Positions 29,788 through 39,786 of a stretch of DNA of 64,000 nucleotides are shown in pieces. How positions within the stretch are numbered: the stretch's first letter is position 1; each line of letters begins with the position of its first letter. The notes beneath the pieces were generated by a model. That model worked only from the letters and a program-made list of their open reading frames with translations. It was not told the origin of the DNA and did no database searches. The translations under genes and the position numbers were made by a program. The DNA comes from Patescibacteria group bacterium (lineage in GTDB: Bacteria > Patescibacteriota > UBA1384 > XYA2-FULL-43-10 > 1-14-0-10-43-13), in assembly GCA_041671645.1 (NCBI GenBank), contig JBAZBD010000001.1, positions 671,234 through 735,233 of the forward strand, in the 5' to 3' direction.

Positions 29788-30564
29788 GTGTTCGCTTCCC
29801 TGACTGTCGTGGTTCTGGCAGTTTTGACGATTTTGTTTTTGAGATGGCGCGAAGCGCGTGAAATTCCAAAGACCGAAACGATACCTGCAGGAACAGAACA
29901 AATTGTTTATCCAGCCCCTGCGGCTCCTTACCCGGAGCCAAGCACCACGAACGAGTCGGCCCCAGCTCCAAGAGTTGCGGAGGTAAAAACAACGGCAAAG
30001 CCAGCGAAGGTCCTACTCGGAGTCCCCTTCACCTCTCAAGCGCCAAAATCTGTCTGGGACGCTCTGCATGAAGATGCCTGCGAAGAAGCGAGCCTGATCA
30101 TGGCCCACCGTTATATCGATGGCACTGAGATCGAGAGCATTGATTCTGCCGACCAAGAAATTAATGATCTGATTAAATTCGAGGAGTCCAAAGGGCTTGG
30201 CACGAGTATCACGCTCGAAGAGCTCAATAATATTGCAAAAGAATATTATGGCATGAATTCCGGCCAGATTGTTCCCAACGTAACAAGCGACATTCTGAAG
30301 GACCAGCTAGCCGAGAGCAAAGTAATCATCCTGCCAGCCGCCGGTAAATTGCTCAATAATCCAAATTTCAAGAACGGCGGGCCGAATTATCACATGTTGG
30401 TGGTAAAAGGATTCGAAAACGGCAACTTCATCACCAACGATCCAGGCACTCGCAAGGGTGAAGGCTATCAGTACACGCCGGAAACGCTGATCGATGCTCT
30501 CCACGATTGGAATCCAGATAATATTCTAAATGGCGAGAAGAATATCCTGGTTTTCGCCAAATAA
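29788..30564 (+). CDS. membrane-anchored C39-like peptidase
   Basis: VPFTSQAP, DACEEASL, YHMLVVKG, FITNDPGT; start uncertain. Confidence 0.8.
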   Translation: MFASLTVVVLAVLTILFLRWREAREIPKTETIPAGTEQIVYPAPAAPYPEPSTTNESAPAPRVAEVKTTAKPAKVLLGVPFTSQAPKSVWDALHEDACEEASLIMAHRYIDGTEIESIDSADQEINDLIKFEESKGLGTSITLEELNNIAKEYYGMNSGQIVPNVTSDILKDQLAESKVIILPAAGKLLNNPNFKNGGPNYHMLVVKGFENGNFITNDPGTRKGEGYQYTPETLIDALHDWNPDNILNGEKNILVFAK

Positions 30565-30780
30565 ATAATCATTAGTAAATGATCAAAGATCAATGGTCAA
30601 TTATTCCCAAAGGGACCCTTTTAGGGCAATTAAGTATCAATTTCAAAAATTAAGAAATTAATCACTTCGATGCTTAGATGATCATTGATACTTGAGCGTT
30701 GATACTTCCTAAGAAAATATTGACCTATGCCAAGTTTTGTGCTATTTTAGTGTTGTATTAAGAATAAAAAGGAGTCCAGT

Positions 30781-31302
30781 ATCAAACCACGGTTTCTTCG
30801 TGCCAATAGACAAATTCGTTTTTCACCCATAATTGTGATCGACGACGAAGGCACGAACCTTGGAACTTTGTCCCTCGACCAGGCCTTAGCCATCGCGAAT
30901 GAAAAAGGCCTTGATCTCGTTGAGATCAATCCTACAAATCGTCCACCGATCTGCAAAATTATGGACTTCGGCAAGTATAAGTACGATTTGGCCAAAAAGG
31001 AAAAAGAGAGTCGGGCAAAGCACAAGGAAACAGAGCTGAAGGAGATACGACTTACTTTTAAGATTGGCGACCACGATCTGGAATACAAAGCCAAACAGGC
31101 GAATGGATTCATTGCAGATGGCGACCAAGTCAAAGTTTCGATGAGACTTCGCGGCCGAGAAAACGCCCTTGGCGAGATCGGATTAGGGGTATTTGCTAAG
31201 TTCGCCGAGATGGCCAACCTTTCGTATGAGAGAAACCCAGTTCGAGCAGGCAATCAGATCGTTGGAATGCTCGTCGTGAAAAAAGAAGTTAAGCAATCAT
31301 AA
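30781..31302 (+). CDS. infC: translation initiation factor IF-3 (ATC start)
   Basis: AGGAG RBS then in-frame ATC giving IKPRFLRANRQIR; GLDLVEI, PPICKIMDFGKYKY, RLRGRE. Confidence 0.95.
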   Translation: MKPRFLRANRQIRFSPIIVIDDEGTNLGTLSLDQALAIANEKGLDLVEINPTNRPPICKIMDFGKYKYDLAKKEKESRAKHKETELKEIRLTFKIGDHDLEYKAKQANGFIADGDQVKVSMRLRGRENALGEIGLGVFAKFAEMANLSYERNPVRAGNQIVGMLVVKKEVKQS

Positions 31303-31317
31303 AGATTTAAAAATATT

Positions 31318-31500
31318 ATGAAATTAAAAACACACAAAGCAACAATCAAAAGAGTCAAGACTAGCGCAACTGGTAAGCTTTTACGAGTCAAATCAGCCAA
31401 GAGCCATCTTCTCTCCCACAAGGCCAATCCTACAAAGACTGACTTGGTTGTCGCTCACGCAGATCAGAGACGAGTCAAGAGATTGACTCCTTATAGCTAA
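31318..31500 (+). CDS. rpmI: 50S ribosomal protein L35
   Basis: MKLKTHK...KR...TGK...HLL; lies between infC and rplT. Confidence 0.95.
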   Translation: MKLKTHKATIKRVKTSATGKLLRVKSAKSHLLSHKANPTKTDLVVAHADQRRVKRLTPYS

Positions 31501-31517
31501 ATTCTTTTGGAGAAAAA

Positions 31518-31859
31518 ATGAGAGTCAAAACTGGCGTCGTCAGACGAGCCAAACACAACAAAATGTTAGCAAAGACCAAGGGCTTCCAAGGACGCCGAAG
31601 GTCAGTTTATAAACTTGCCAAGCAAGCCGTTCTTAAAGCTGGCGTTTACGCTTACCGTGATCGTAAGGTCAACAAGCGCAACTTCCGCTCACTTTGGATC
31701 GTCCGCATCAACGCAGGACTTCAAAGCTTCGGCATTTCATACTCTCAGTTCATCAACAAGCTTCTGAAAGCAAACATCACACTCAATCGCAAATTCCTAG
31801 CTGATCTCGCTACCAACCACCCAGCTGAATTCGAAGCAGTGGTCAAAAAAGTCAAATAG
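31518..31859 (+). CDS. rplT: 50S ribosomal protein L20
   Basis: MRVKTG, YAYRDRK..KRNFRSLWIVRINA, LNRKFLADLA. Confidence 0.98.
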   Translation: MRVKTGVVRRAKHNKMLAKTKGFQGRRRSVYKLAKQAVLKAGVYAYRDRKVNKRNFRSLWIVRINAGLQSFGISYSQFINKLLKANITLNRKFLADLATNHPAEFEAVVKKVK

Positions 31860-32021
31860 TCGCACTATAAAAAAATCCTCGGACAATGTCTGGGGATTTT
31901 TTGAATAAAAAAACAATCATTTTTTACTTGTAACTGTTGACAACATCTCTAGATTATTGTATAAATTAGAGTCACGGAAACGGCGGTTAGGCCGACTGTT
32001 TATCGTGAAGAGGAGGTCGAT

Positions 32022-32759
32022 ATGACCATTGAAAATTTAACAGACAGAATATGTCTGCAAGAAATCCTGCTGAAGCGACTGCTGTTAGAGCACGATCGCC
32101 CAGAGTTGCAAAGAGTGCCGGCGATTGAATACGCTTTAAGTCTTTTGGCATACAGGTACCATACGGATGATATTGCTTTAAGCATTATCTATGTTGAGCG
32201 TTCCCATCACACACCGGTCGCATCTTTGGCCAACAACATTGCGCAAGCTTTCCTGTTTATGTCTCAAAACAAGCGCGGACTCGGCGCGACGAAAGATTTT
32301 TGCAAGAAAGACCGTGATAAAGCCCGTGCAATATGGGAGTGTTACGCGGCCACTAAGCAAGCCAGAACGATGAACGCCCTCTACGGAACAATTACTGGCA
32401 TTGGATACGGCGCCCATGATCCTGTCGCAATTGGGTCGAAAATAATCCAGGTATTCGGTGGAGAATGGCGCGATTGGGGTGATTCCAGTAACAGTTTTTT
32501 TTCTATCGTAAAATTGCCATGGGGCAGTATTGACCTTGTCAAAATTGGCGATGGCATGAAATGCAGTGAAAGCGTAATCACCTTCGGCACACAGATGAAC
32601 ATGGAAAGTGTCTTTGACAGCTTACGTCTTCTTGATGTTAACCCAGCGAGACAACAGGAAACCAAATCGGGGCAGCAAATAATTTGCTTTTCCTTGACGG
32701 TCGAATATACCAATGATCTCTTCGACCGTCTCTACTTCCGTATTGTCTCCTTGCCCTGA
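32022..32759 (+). CDS. hypothetical protein
   Basis: GAGGAGG RBS, own TTGACA...TATAAA promoter, 245 aa. Confidence 0.65.
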   Translation: MTIENLTDRICLQEILLKRLLLEHDRPELQRVPAIEYALSLLAYRYHTDDIALSIIYVERSHHTPVASLANNIAQAFLFMSQNKRGLGATKDFCKKDRDKARAIWECYAATKQARTMNALYGTITGIGYGAHDPVAIGSKIIQVFGGEWRDWGDSSNSFFSIVKLPWGSIDLVKIGDGMKCSESVITFGTQMNMESVFDSLRLLDVNPARQQETKSGQQIICFSLTVEYTNDLFDRLYFRIVSLP

Positions 32760-32929
32760 CCGTAAAAATTACCGTTCTGTGCCAAATTTGGCACGGGGAT
32801 CCGAGACGCTGCACAAAGCAGCGTTCCGCCCCTTTTATCTCAAATCGTTGAGCTAATAGGTAGCGAGAGATCTACTTTTTAAAAAATCCCCTGAGATTAT
32901 CGGGGGATTTTTTGTATCAAGATAAGTAA

Positions 32930-33529
32930 TTATTTTTTGACTTGAAATTTGTCACCGTGACCAGGAATTATATAGTCTGCGACTGCGAGAATTTTCTTCC
33001 GGCTTTCGTCGTAATCGACTAAATTATTTGCCAGTGGTGGATTCACTTCCATATCGGCAAAACTTTCATCGGCCATGGCATCGCCAGCGATGACAATGTT
33101 TCCCTCGTCAGTGTTTACTAGCACTGAGATGTGATCTTCGGTGTGGCCTGGAGTTAGCAGTATCGAAACATCTTTGGCAATTTCCGTCCCATCGATAATC
33201 TCAGATCTCTGTACGCTTTTCTCCTTTGGAATATGGTATTGGCCGATATAATCTTTCCTGAGTTTGCAGAATATCTTGGCGTTTTCAAACAAATATGTGT
33301 TGACCACGTGGTCCAAATGCATATGGGTCAGAATGACGATGTCGATCTGATCGGGAGTTAGGTTCTCCTTGGCCAATGCCGCAATTAATTCATCTTTGTC
33401 TCCGAAATAGCCCGCGTCGACAAGGATATTTTGGTCCGACTTGATAAGCGTCGTAGTTGAGCCAATCCGAAGTTTACCTTCTATCGCCTTGCCATGAACA
33501 CCCTGAACTACTATTTTGATCTCTGCCAT
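32930..33529 (-). CDS. MBL-fold metallo-hydrolase
   Basis: THMHLDH, TPGHT, AGDA, PGHG. Confidence 0.9.
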   Translation of the reverse strand: MAEIKIVVQGVHGKAIEGKLRIGSTTTLIKSDQNILVDAGYFGDKDELIAALAKENLTPDQIDIVILTHMHLDHVVNTYLFENAKIFCKLRKDYIGQYHIPKEKSVQRSEIIDGTEIAKDVSILLTPGHTEDHISVLVNTDEGNIVIAGDAMADESFADMEVNPPLANNLVDYDESRKKILAVADYIIPGHGDKFQVKK

Positions 33530-33530
33530 A

Positions 33531-33923
33531 TTACTTTTTTTCCTTGCCCCAAATGATTAGAAGTACGAACATAAAACCGATAGTAATTAGAACATCAGCA
33601 ATATTGAAAACAGTCAGATGGAAAAACGGGATATAATCGACCACTCCACCGAATATGGCGCGCTCTATCAGATTGGTAACCACTCCCACCGAGATCAATA
33701 TTTTTGGCAAAACTGGTAGCGACTTTGATCGGACAAGTAGCGCTACAGCCAATATCAGAACCAGAATTACTGAGATAAATGCGATTGGTCCCTGCCAAAA
33801 GCCGAGATAGAAACTATTGTTGAGGCTTCCGAGGTTAAATTTGAATATTGAGAAATCGATCAACAAAAGCGCCGCGATATAGCACGGTATTGAGACGAAT
33901 AAATTAACGTTCTTTTTTGGCAT
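33531..33923 (-). CDS. lspA: lipoprotein signal peptidase II
   Basis: NLIER...GVVDYI...VFNIADVLI. Confidence 0.85.
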   Translation of the reverse strand: MPKKNVNLFVSIPCYIAALLLIDFSIFKFNLGSLNNSFYLGFWQGPIAFISVILVLILAVALLVRSKSLPVLPKILISVGVVTNLIERAIFGGVVDYIPFFHLTVFNIADVLITIGFMFVLLIIWGKEKK

Positions 33924-34245
33924 TATTCTGGCATGTTACACAAAGATCAGCGTAAGGCATAATTTTCAGTCTTCCTGTCTCTATCTCGTCTCCGCACTTG
34001 GCACATTTACCATATGCGCCGCTATCAATTGATTTGAGCGCTTTGTTGATTTTCTTCAACACTACTTCGAGCTGGTCATCAACGGCCATACTATTCTCGA
34101 AATCAGTCAATTCCTGGGTGTTGTCATCGCTAATATCACCGTAGTCAGGGTATTTCTTGAGCTTTTTGATCTGCTCAGCAATACGCTCTTTTTCGGCTAG
34201 CATCGCTTCTTTTTGCTTCTCGATATATTGTTCTGTTGGTTTCAT
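33904..34245 (-). CDS. DksA/TraR C4 zinc-finger protein
   Basis: Coiled coil followed by YGKCAKCG.EI...RL...P.A.LCVTC. Confidence 0.9.
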   Translation of the reverse strand: MKPTEQYIEKQKEAMLAEKERIAEQIKKLKKYPDYGDISDDNTQELTDFENSMAVDDQLEVVLKKINKALKSIDSGAYGKCAKCGDEIETGRLKIMPYADLCVTCQNNAKKER

Positions 34246-34973
34246 TTCGATCTCCTGATTTTATGGCCGAGTATCTTGGTCCAAAGATAAATGGCGCCGA
34301 TAATAAAAATTGCTAAACTGATGATTTGACCAAATGAAATTGGGCCCAGAATCTTAGAGTCATCTCGCCAAAAATCAATAATGAATCGAAGCCCACCGTA
34401 CATGGTGATCATGGTGTAAAAAAGTGTACCGTCGGTCTTGAACTTCTTTTTCATGGTGACAAATAAAGTCACGAGGATCAAAATTAGGGCCAGACATTCA
34501 TAGGCTGGGACTGGAATCTGATGATTGAGACTTAATTTTGAAAAAGTTCTGATACCGGAATACTCCCCCGCCATCAGATTGCCAATCCTGCCGAAGAAAA
34601 GGCCAGCGGCAAAAGCAACTGCATAGATATCGAGCCATTTCAGGATATTTTCCTTTTGGGCCTTGATCAGAAGGGCGAAGACAGCTCCGCCGACAATGAA
34701 ACCACCGTAGGAGACAAGGCCGCCGTCCCAAAGATAAAAGATTTCTTTGAGCGATTGAAATTGTTCGTGATAAAGCACGAAATATGTAATCCTAGCGCCA
34801 ATAATTCCAGCCAAGACAGAATAGACGATGTTGTCAAAAAGAAATTCTGTATTGTAGCCCTTGTACTTGGCAAGTCGATAAACGAGCAAACTACCGATCA
34901 GGATGCCCAAAACAGCCAGCACGCCATGTGTATAAAGACTAAATTGCCCGATTGTGAATAATATTGGATACAT
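34242..34973 (-). CDS. lgt: prolipoprotein diacylglyceryl transferase
   Basis: MYPILF, GARI.Y, WDGGLVSYGG, GRIGNL..GE, RFIIDFWR. Confidence 0.92.
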   Translation of the reverse strand: MYPILFTIGQFSLYTHGVLAVLGILIGSLLVYRLAKYKGYNTEFLFDNIVYSVLAGIIGARITYFVLYHEQFQSLKEIFYLWDGGLVSYGGFIVGGAVFALLIKAQKENILKWLDIYAVAFAAGLFFGRIGNLMAGEYSGIRTFSKLSLNHQIPVPAYECLALILILVTLFVTMKKKFKTDGTLFYTMITMYGGLRFIIDFWRDDSKILGPISFGQIISLAIFIIGAIYLWTKILGHKIRRSK

Positions 34974-34982
34974 AAGAGAAAA

Positions 34983-35085
34983 ATTATTAATTCTTAATCT
35001 TTAATTCTTAATCAATTTTTAAGTTCTAATACCAAATTATTAAATTAGAATTAAATTAGAAATTAGCAATTATTAATTATAAATT
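34983..35085. repeat. AT-rich heptamer repeats in two opposing orientations
   Basis: TTAATTC/TTAATCT-like units followed by AATTAGA/AATTAGC-like units. Confidence 0.6.
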
Positions 35086-35155
35086 GTTTGGTAGCTATAT
35101 TATATCTTGCTGTTGACCCGCTATGTCAAGTCTTGATAGAATCTAAATATCAAAA

Positions 35156-35860
35156 ATGACAAATGAGGAACTAAAAAAAGAGTTGAACTCCGAGATCTTG
35201 AATGACTTAAGCACCGAGGTCAATCCAAAAAAAGATATCTTGGACCTAGTGATTGACCTGGTCAAAACCGGAGTCGTCGTTTTCGTGGTGGCCTTCTTGC
35301 TCCGCTATTTCGTAATCCAGCCTTTCCTTGTTGATGGCCAGTCGATGATGCCAAATTATCATCACAAAGAGTATATCCTGACCGAAAAATTATCTTATAT
35401 GACTGGAGAGCCAAGGCGTGGCGATGTGATCGTCTTCCGCTATCCTCGCAACCCTAGCGTCAGCTACATCAAGAGAGTGATCGGGCTGCCTGGTGAGACG
35501 GTTAGAATCGCGAACAACAAAATTACAATCGTAAATTCTACAAATCCGAGCGGAATGGTGCTGACTGAGGACTATATTCCTGCTGATTTTAAGACCAAAA
35601 CTTACGACAACGGCGACAGCAAATCTGCCTTTGAGAAGACCTTGCAAGAAAAAGAGTATTTCGTCATGGGCGACAATAGAGAACATTCTTCTGACTCTCG
35701 TGAGTGGGGCGTATTACCAAAAACTCTAATTACCGGCAGAGCCTGGCTCACCCTGATGCCGCTAGATCGCATCAAAATTCATGAAAGAATCACCTACAAG
35801 ACGAGTATATCGTATATTTCAAATCGATTATCGCTTCTTGCTTCGAACTCTACCAAGTAA
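35156..35860 (+). CDS. lepB: signal peptidase I
   Basis: GQSMMPN, RGDVIVF, YIKRVIGLPGE, MGDNREHSSDSR. Confidence 0.95.
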   Translation: MTNEELKKELNSEILNDLSTEVNPKKDILDLVIDLVKTGVVVFVVAFLLRYFVIQPFLVDGQSMMPNYHHKEYILTEKLSYMTGEPRRGDVIVFRYPRNPSVSYIKRVIGLPGETVRIANNKITIVNSTNPSGMVLTEDYIPADFKTKTYDNGDSKSAFEKTLQEKEYFVMGDNREHSSDSREWGVLPKTLITGRAWLTLMPLDRIKIHERITYKTSISYISNRLSLLASNSTK

Positions 35861-37168
35861 ATGAGTATCAATATAGATCGGAACTCCATTCATCGGGACG
35901 ACGTCTCTGATGCGATTTTCTAGATAACGAACTTGAGTGTAATGAGGGACTTTCTTGGCTGAAACCACGATTTCAAATTGAGGAGGAGTGCTTCTTTTCT
36001 GATTGAGTTTCTGGATATCTTGAAGCTGAGGATTGGATTGCTTGGAAAGTTCGATGATCTCATCCAATAACTCCTGTGGGACTATGGTATTTCTGTTCTC
36101 GGCCACTGCTACGACCTGAGTTAGGAGCGAGTTGATATTGACCTCATCTTGAGCAGAGATAAAGACTATTGGAAGCCATGGCGCAAAATTGAGTTTTCGC
36201 TGGAGAATCCAGATCGTCTTGGCCATATATTCTTGCTGGTCTCCTGGGATCAAGTCAATCTTGTTTACTGCCAAGATAATGCCCTTGCCCCACTCTTTGG
36301 CGTTGCCAAGAATGTTGGCGTCCAGAGCGACTAATCCCTCGCTAGCATCGATGACCAGTATGGCAACATCACAATTCTTGAGTGCTCTCTCGGCGCGAAT
36401 GACGCTAAAAGATTCGATCGTGTCATGGCCAACCTTGCCAGGTCTACGGATACCAGCGGTATCAGAAATTTGAATATTCTTGCCTTTGTGAAAAAAGCTG
36501 ACATTGACACTGTCGCGAGTAGTCCCGGCTTCTGCCGAAACAACCGCTCTTTTTTCGCCAATAATAGTGTTGAGCAGAGTAGATTTGCCTACATTTGGTC
36601 GCCCGATTATAGCGAGGCTAATATCATAATTAGTATGAACTTTGGCTGGTACTGTCTCATCGTCTTTCAACTCTTTGGCAATAACATCGAGAAGATCACC
36701 GGAGCTTTTGCCAGAAATAGCGGAGACAGGAATAGGATTCTGAAAGCCGAGGCGCTTGAATAGATCAATTGATTCGAGACGAGAAACATTATCAACTTTG
36801 TTGACGACCAGAAGCACCTTCTTGCCGCTTTTCTTCAGTCTGCGAGCGACTTCCTTGTCCTTCTGATTGTCTGGCTCGTTCCAGTCGACGATGAAAAGGA
36901 TGAGATCGGCGCTTTCGATAGCAGTATCGACGCCATCTTGGATTGAGAGATCAATCTCCTTCTTGGTCCCTGATTCGATACCAGCTACGTCGATGAGGGT
37001 GAATTCTTCGCCCTGCCAGTTGACCTCACCATAAAGACGGTCCCTGGTCGTGCCAGGAATCGGAGCTTCAATAGCTACGCGTTTGCCGCATAGACGATTG
37101 AACAGCGTAGATTTGCCAACGTTTGGTCGGCCGATCACCGCTACAATTTTTTGGTTTTCTTTCTCCAT
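35828..37168 (-). CDS. der: ribosome biogenesis GTPase Der
   Basis: Two [11 protein letters not shown] domains with GTTRD and NKxD motifs. Confidence 0.97.
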   Translation of the reverse strand: MEKENQKIVAVIGRPNVGKSTLFNRLCGKRVAIEAPIPGTTRDRLYGEVNWQGEEFTLIDVAGIESGTKKEIDLSIQDGVDTAIESADLILFIVDWNEPDNQKDKEVARRLKKSGKKVLLVVNKVDNVSRLESIDLFKRLGFQNPIPVSAISGKSSGDLLDVIAKELKDDETVPAKVHTNYDISLAIIGRPNVGKSTLLNTIIGEKRAVVSAEAGTTRDSVNVSFFHKGKNIQISDTAGIRRPGKVGHDTIESFSVIRAERALKNCDVAILVIDASEGLVALDANILGNAKEWGKGIILAVNKIDLIPGDQQEYMAKTIWILQRKLNFAPWLPIVFISAQDEVNINSLLTQVVAVAENRNTIVPQELLDEIIELSKQSNPQLQDIQKLNQKRSTPPQFEIVVSAKKVPHYTQVRYLENRIRDVVPMNGVPIYIDTHLLGRVRSKKR

Positions 37169-37247
37169 TGTTGATTGACTATAACATAAATATACAAAAA
37201 ATGGTAGCACTTACGTACTACCATTTTTTCTTTTATCGAGTTAACGA

Positions 37248-37589
37248 TTAGCGTCTGTCGCCGAAGCGATTTCCGCCACTGTTTCTAGAGTCTCTACCAC
37301 CACTGCGGTCGCCAGATGGGCGCTCAGTTTGTGGACGAGCAATACTTACGAAAATAGTTCTACCGTCAACTTCGGTGTTGTTGGTAAGCTCAATAGCCTT
37401 TTCGGCCATTTCTTTGTTGGCAAGGGTAACGAAACCAAAGCCACGTGATTTTCCGGTAAAACGGTCCATCACAACACGAGCTTCAACGACCTCAACTTCT
37501 GGAAGTGAACTAAAAACATCTAAAAGCTTAGCATCGTCGATGTTGTAACTAAGATTACCGACGAAAAGCTTGTTGTCTTCTTCTCTCAT
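37248..37589 (-). CDS. RRM RNA-binding protein
   Basis: KLFVGNL (RNP2), RGFGFV (RNP1), Gly/Arg-rich tail. Confidence 0.95.
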   Translation of the reverse strand: MREEDNKLFVGNLSYNIDDAKLLDVFSSLPEVEVVEARVVMDRFTGKSRGFGFVTLANKEMAEKAIELTNNTEVDGRTIFVSIARPQTERPSGDRSGGRDSRNSGGNRFGDRR

Positions 37590-37778
37590 AATAGGATCCT
37601 TTCATTTATAAAAATCGACCTTGTTTGTCTGGTCTCAGCCGACTAATTCTCCAAAATCCCATTAGAGCCTAAGCGAGTAGTTTCAAACTTGCACATATCA
37701 TAGCACAAATGATGGAAAAAAGATAGGGGTTAGAGTCTAAAAACTGGAATTTGCGTCCGACTTTGCTATACTCATGTC

Positions 37779-39746
37779 ATGATTGTAAACGTAATACCAG
37801 AGGTCAAGGTTGGTGGAGAGATGGAGAGCTTCTCCTATTTGGTTCCCGAGGAGCTAGAGGGAGAGATACGAATCGGCTCAGTCGTCTCTATCCCTTTTGG
37901 TAATCGTAAGATTCGAGGCGTTGTCGAAGGGACGACGGAACACGGAGCAAACAATACTAAGTATGAAATAAAATCGTTAATTTCAGTTGACCCGAATATC
38001 ATTTTCACTGAAAAATACATAAAAATCGCCAAATGGATATCATCATACTATTTATGTAGTTTGGGCGAAGCAATCGAACTATTCCTCCCGCCGATGATGA
38101 AAAAACCGCGCCCAGGAGCACAGGTTGAAAGTTCAAAGTCCAAAGTCAAAAGTCCGATTGAATTAACAAATGAGCAGCAGGAAATATTTGAAAAACTGAA
38201 ACTAAGCCTGAATTCAAAAGCGAAAAAACATGCTCTGATCCGTGGAATTACTGGATCGGGGAAAACAGAAATTTATATTAAATTAGCCGAGGAAACATTA
38301 CAACTTGGGAAGCAGGTCATAGTATTGGTACCAGAGATTATTTTGACTCCCCAAACTGTCGAGCGCTTCCAAAAAACTTTTGGCGACCAAATTACCCTGA
38401 TGCACCACAATCTCTCGAAATCGGAGAAATTCAATTGTTATTTTGATTTTTATACTGGGAAGAAGCCGATTATTGTTGGACCACGATCTGCTTTGCTAAT
38501 CCCCTGTCCCAACATCGGGCTTATTATCATCGATGAAGAACAGGAAGATTCCTTCAAACAAGATCAAAATCCACGTTACCACGCTGTCACACTGGCCGAG
38601 AAAATCGCTGAGGCTACAGGCGCACAGCTCCTCCTCGGTAGCGCCACGCCCAAAATTGAAACGTTCCACAAGGCGAAAACGGGACAGTTTGATCTTTTCG
38701 AATTGACCGAACGGTACAACTCCGCCAAATTGCCTCCAGCAGAGATCGTGGACTTAAGGAATGAACTCCGGACTGGCAACAACTCCCCGATCTCAGAGAA
38801 GCTTCGCCAAAGCATAGAAGATATTTTGGAGAAGAAAAAACAGATTCTTCTCTTCCTAAATCGTCGCGGTACATCCACCTTCGTCTCTTGCCGAGATTGC
38901 GGACACGTGATAATATGCAAAAATTGCTCCATCCCACTTATCTATCACCTTTATGGCCAGAAAAGTGAGTTGAATTGCCACCACTGTGATTTTCGCCAAG
39001 ATGTCCCGATTACCTGTCCAAAATGCCACAGCCCAAAGATCAAATTTTTTGGCTCTGGGATTGAGAAAATTGAGACAGAGATCAGGAAGTTGTTTCCCCT
39101 TGCCAGGGTAGCCAGAGTAGACGCCTCAACGATCAAATCGAAGACCGACTACGAAAAGTTTTATCTCTCGTTCAAGAATCATGAGATCGATATCGCCATA
39201 GGTACGCAGATGATCGCCAAGGGCTTGGATATTCCAGGAGTTGACCTGGTCGGGATTGTTTCGGCTGATACCGGTCTCCACCTGCCATATTATCGAGCGA
39301 GCGAAAAGTCTTTTCAAATCCTGACTCAGGTCTCGGGCAGAAGCGGACGCAGAGGAGTGGCCGGCAAGACGATACTCCAGACCTACTGGCCCGAAGCCAA
39401 GCCGATTATTGACGCCAGCCTTCATGATTACCAAACCTTTTATAAGGATGAGATCGCGGAGCGTGAAAAGCATAATTATCCCCCCTTCCAGCATTTGATC
39501 AGAATAATTTCTGAGGACGAAAGCAGCGGAAAAGCAATCGAAAAGATTAGAAAAGTGGCGGCGGAATTAGCCAAAAACAAATTATCCTTCATCGGTCCTG
39601 GCGCTTGTTTCTATGAACGTCTTCACAACAAATTTCGCTTTCACATCATCGTCAAAGTCGACAAGCTTCCAGATCAAAGATTGCACGAAGTGGCAAAACT
39701 TTTTCCCCACCTCGTATGGGACGTCGACGCCGTAAATTTGTTATAA
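37779..39746 (+). CDS. priA: primosomal protein N'
   Basis: GITGSGKTEIY, DEEQ, SATP, LNRRG, four CxxC, GTQMIAKGLD, QVSGRSGR. Confidence 0.97.
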   Translation: MIVNVIPEVKVGGEMESFSYLVPEELEGEIRIGSVVSIPFGNRKIRGVVEGTTEHGANNTKYEIKSLISVDPNIIFTEKYIKIAKWISSYYLCSLGEAIELFLPPMMKKPRPGAQVESSKSKVKSPIELTNEQQEIFEKLKLSLNSKAKKHALIRGITGSGKTEIYIKLAEETLQLGKQVIVLVPEIILTPQTVERFQKTFGDQITLMHHNLSKSEKFNCYFDFYTGKKPIIVGPRSALLIPCPNIGLIIIDEEQEDSFKQDQNPRYHAVTLAEKIAEATGAQLLLGSATPKIETFHKAKTGQFDLFELTERYNSAKLPPAEIVDLRNELRTGNNSPISEKLRQSIEDILEKKKQILLFLNRRGTSTFVSCRDCGHVIICKNCSIPLIYHLYGQKSELNCHHCDFRQDVPITCPKCHSPKIKFFGSGIEKIETEIRKLFPLARVARVDASTIKSKTDYEKFYLSFKNHEIDIAIGTQMIAKGLDIPGVDLVGIVSADTGLHLPYYRASEKSFQILTQVSGRSGRRGVAGKTILQTYWPEAKPIIDASLHDYQTFYKDEIAEREKHNYPPFQHLIRIISEDESSGKAIEKIRKVAAELAKNKLSFIGPGACFYERLHNKFRFHIIVKVDKLPDQRLHEVAKLFPHLVWDVDAVNLL

Positions 39747-39786
39747 TTTAGCTTACTAGAAAAATATATTTGTCGAAAGTAAAAAT

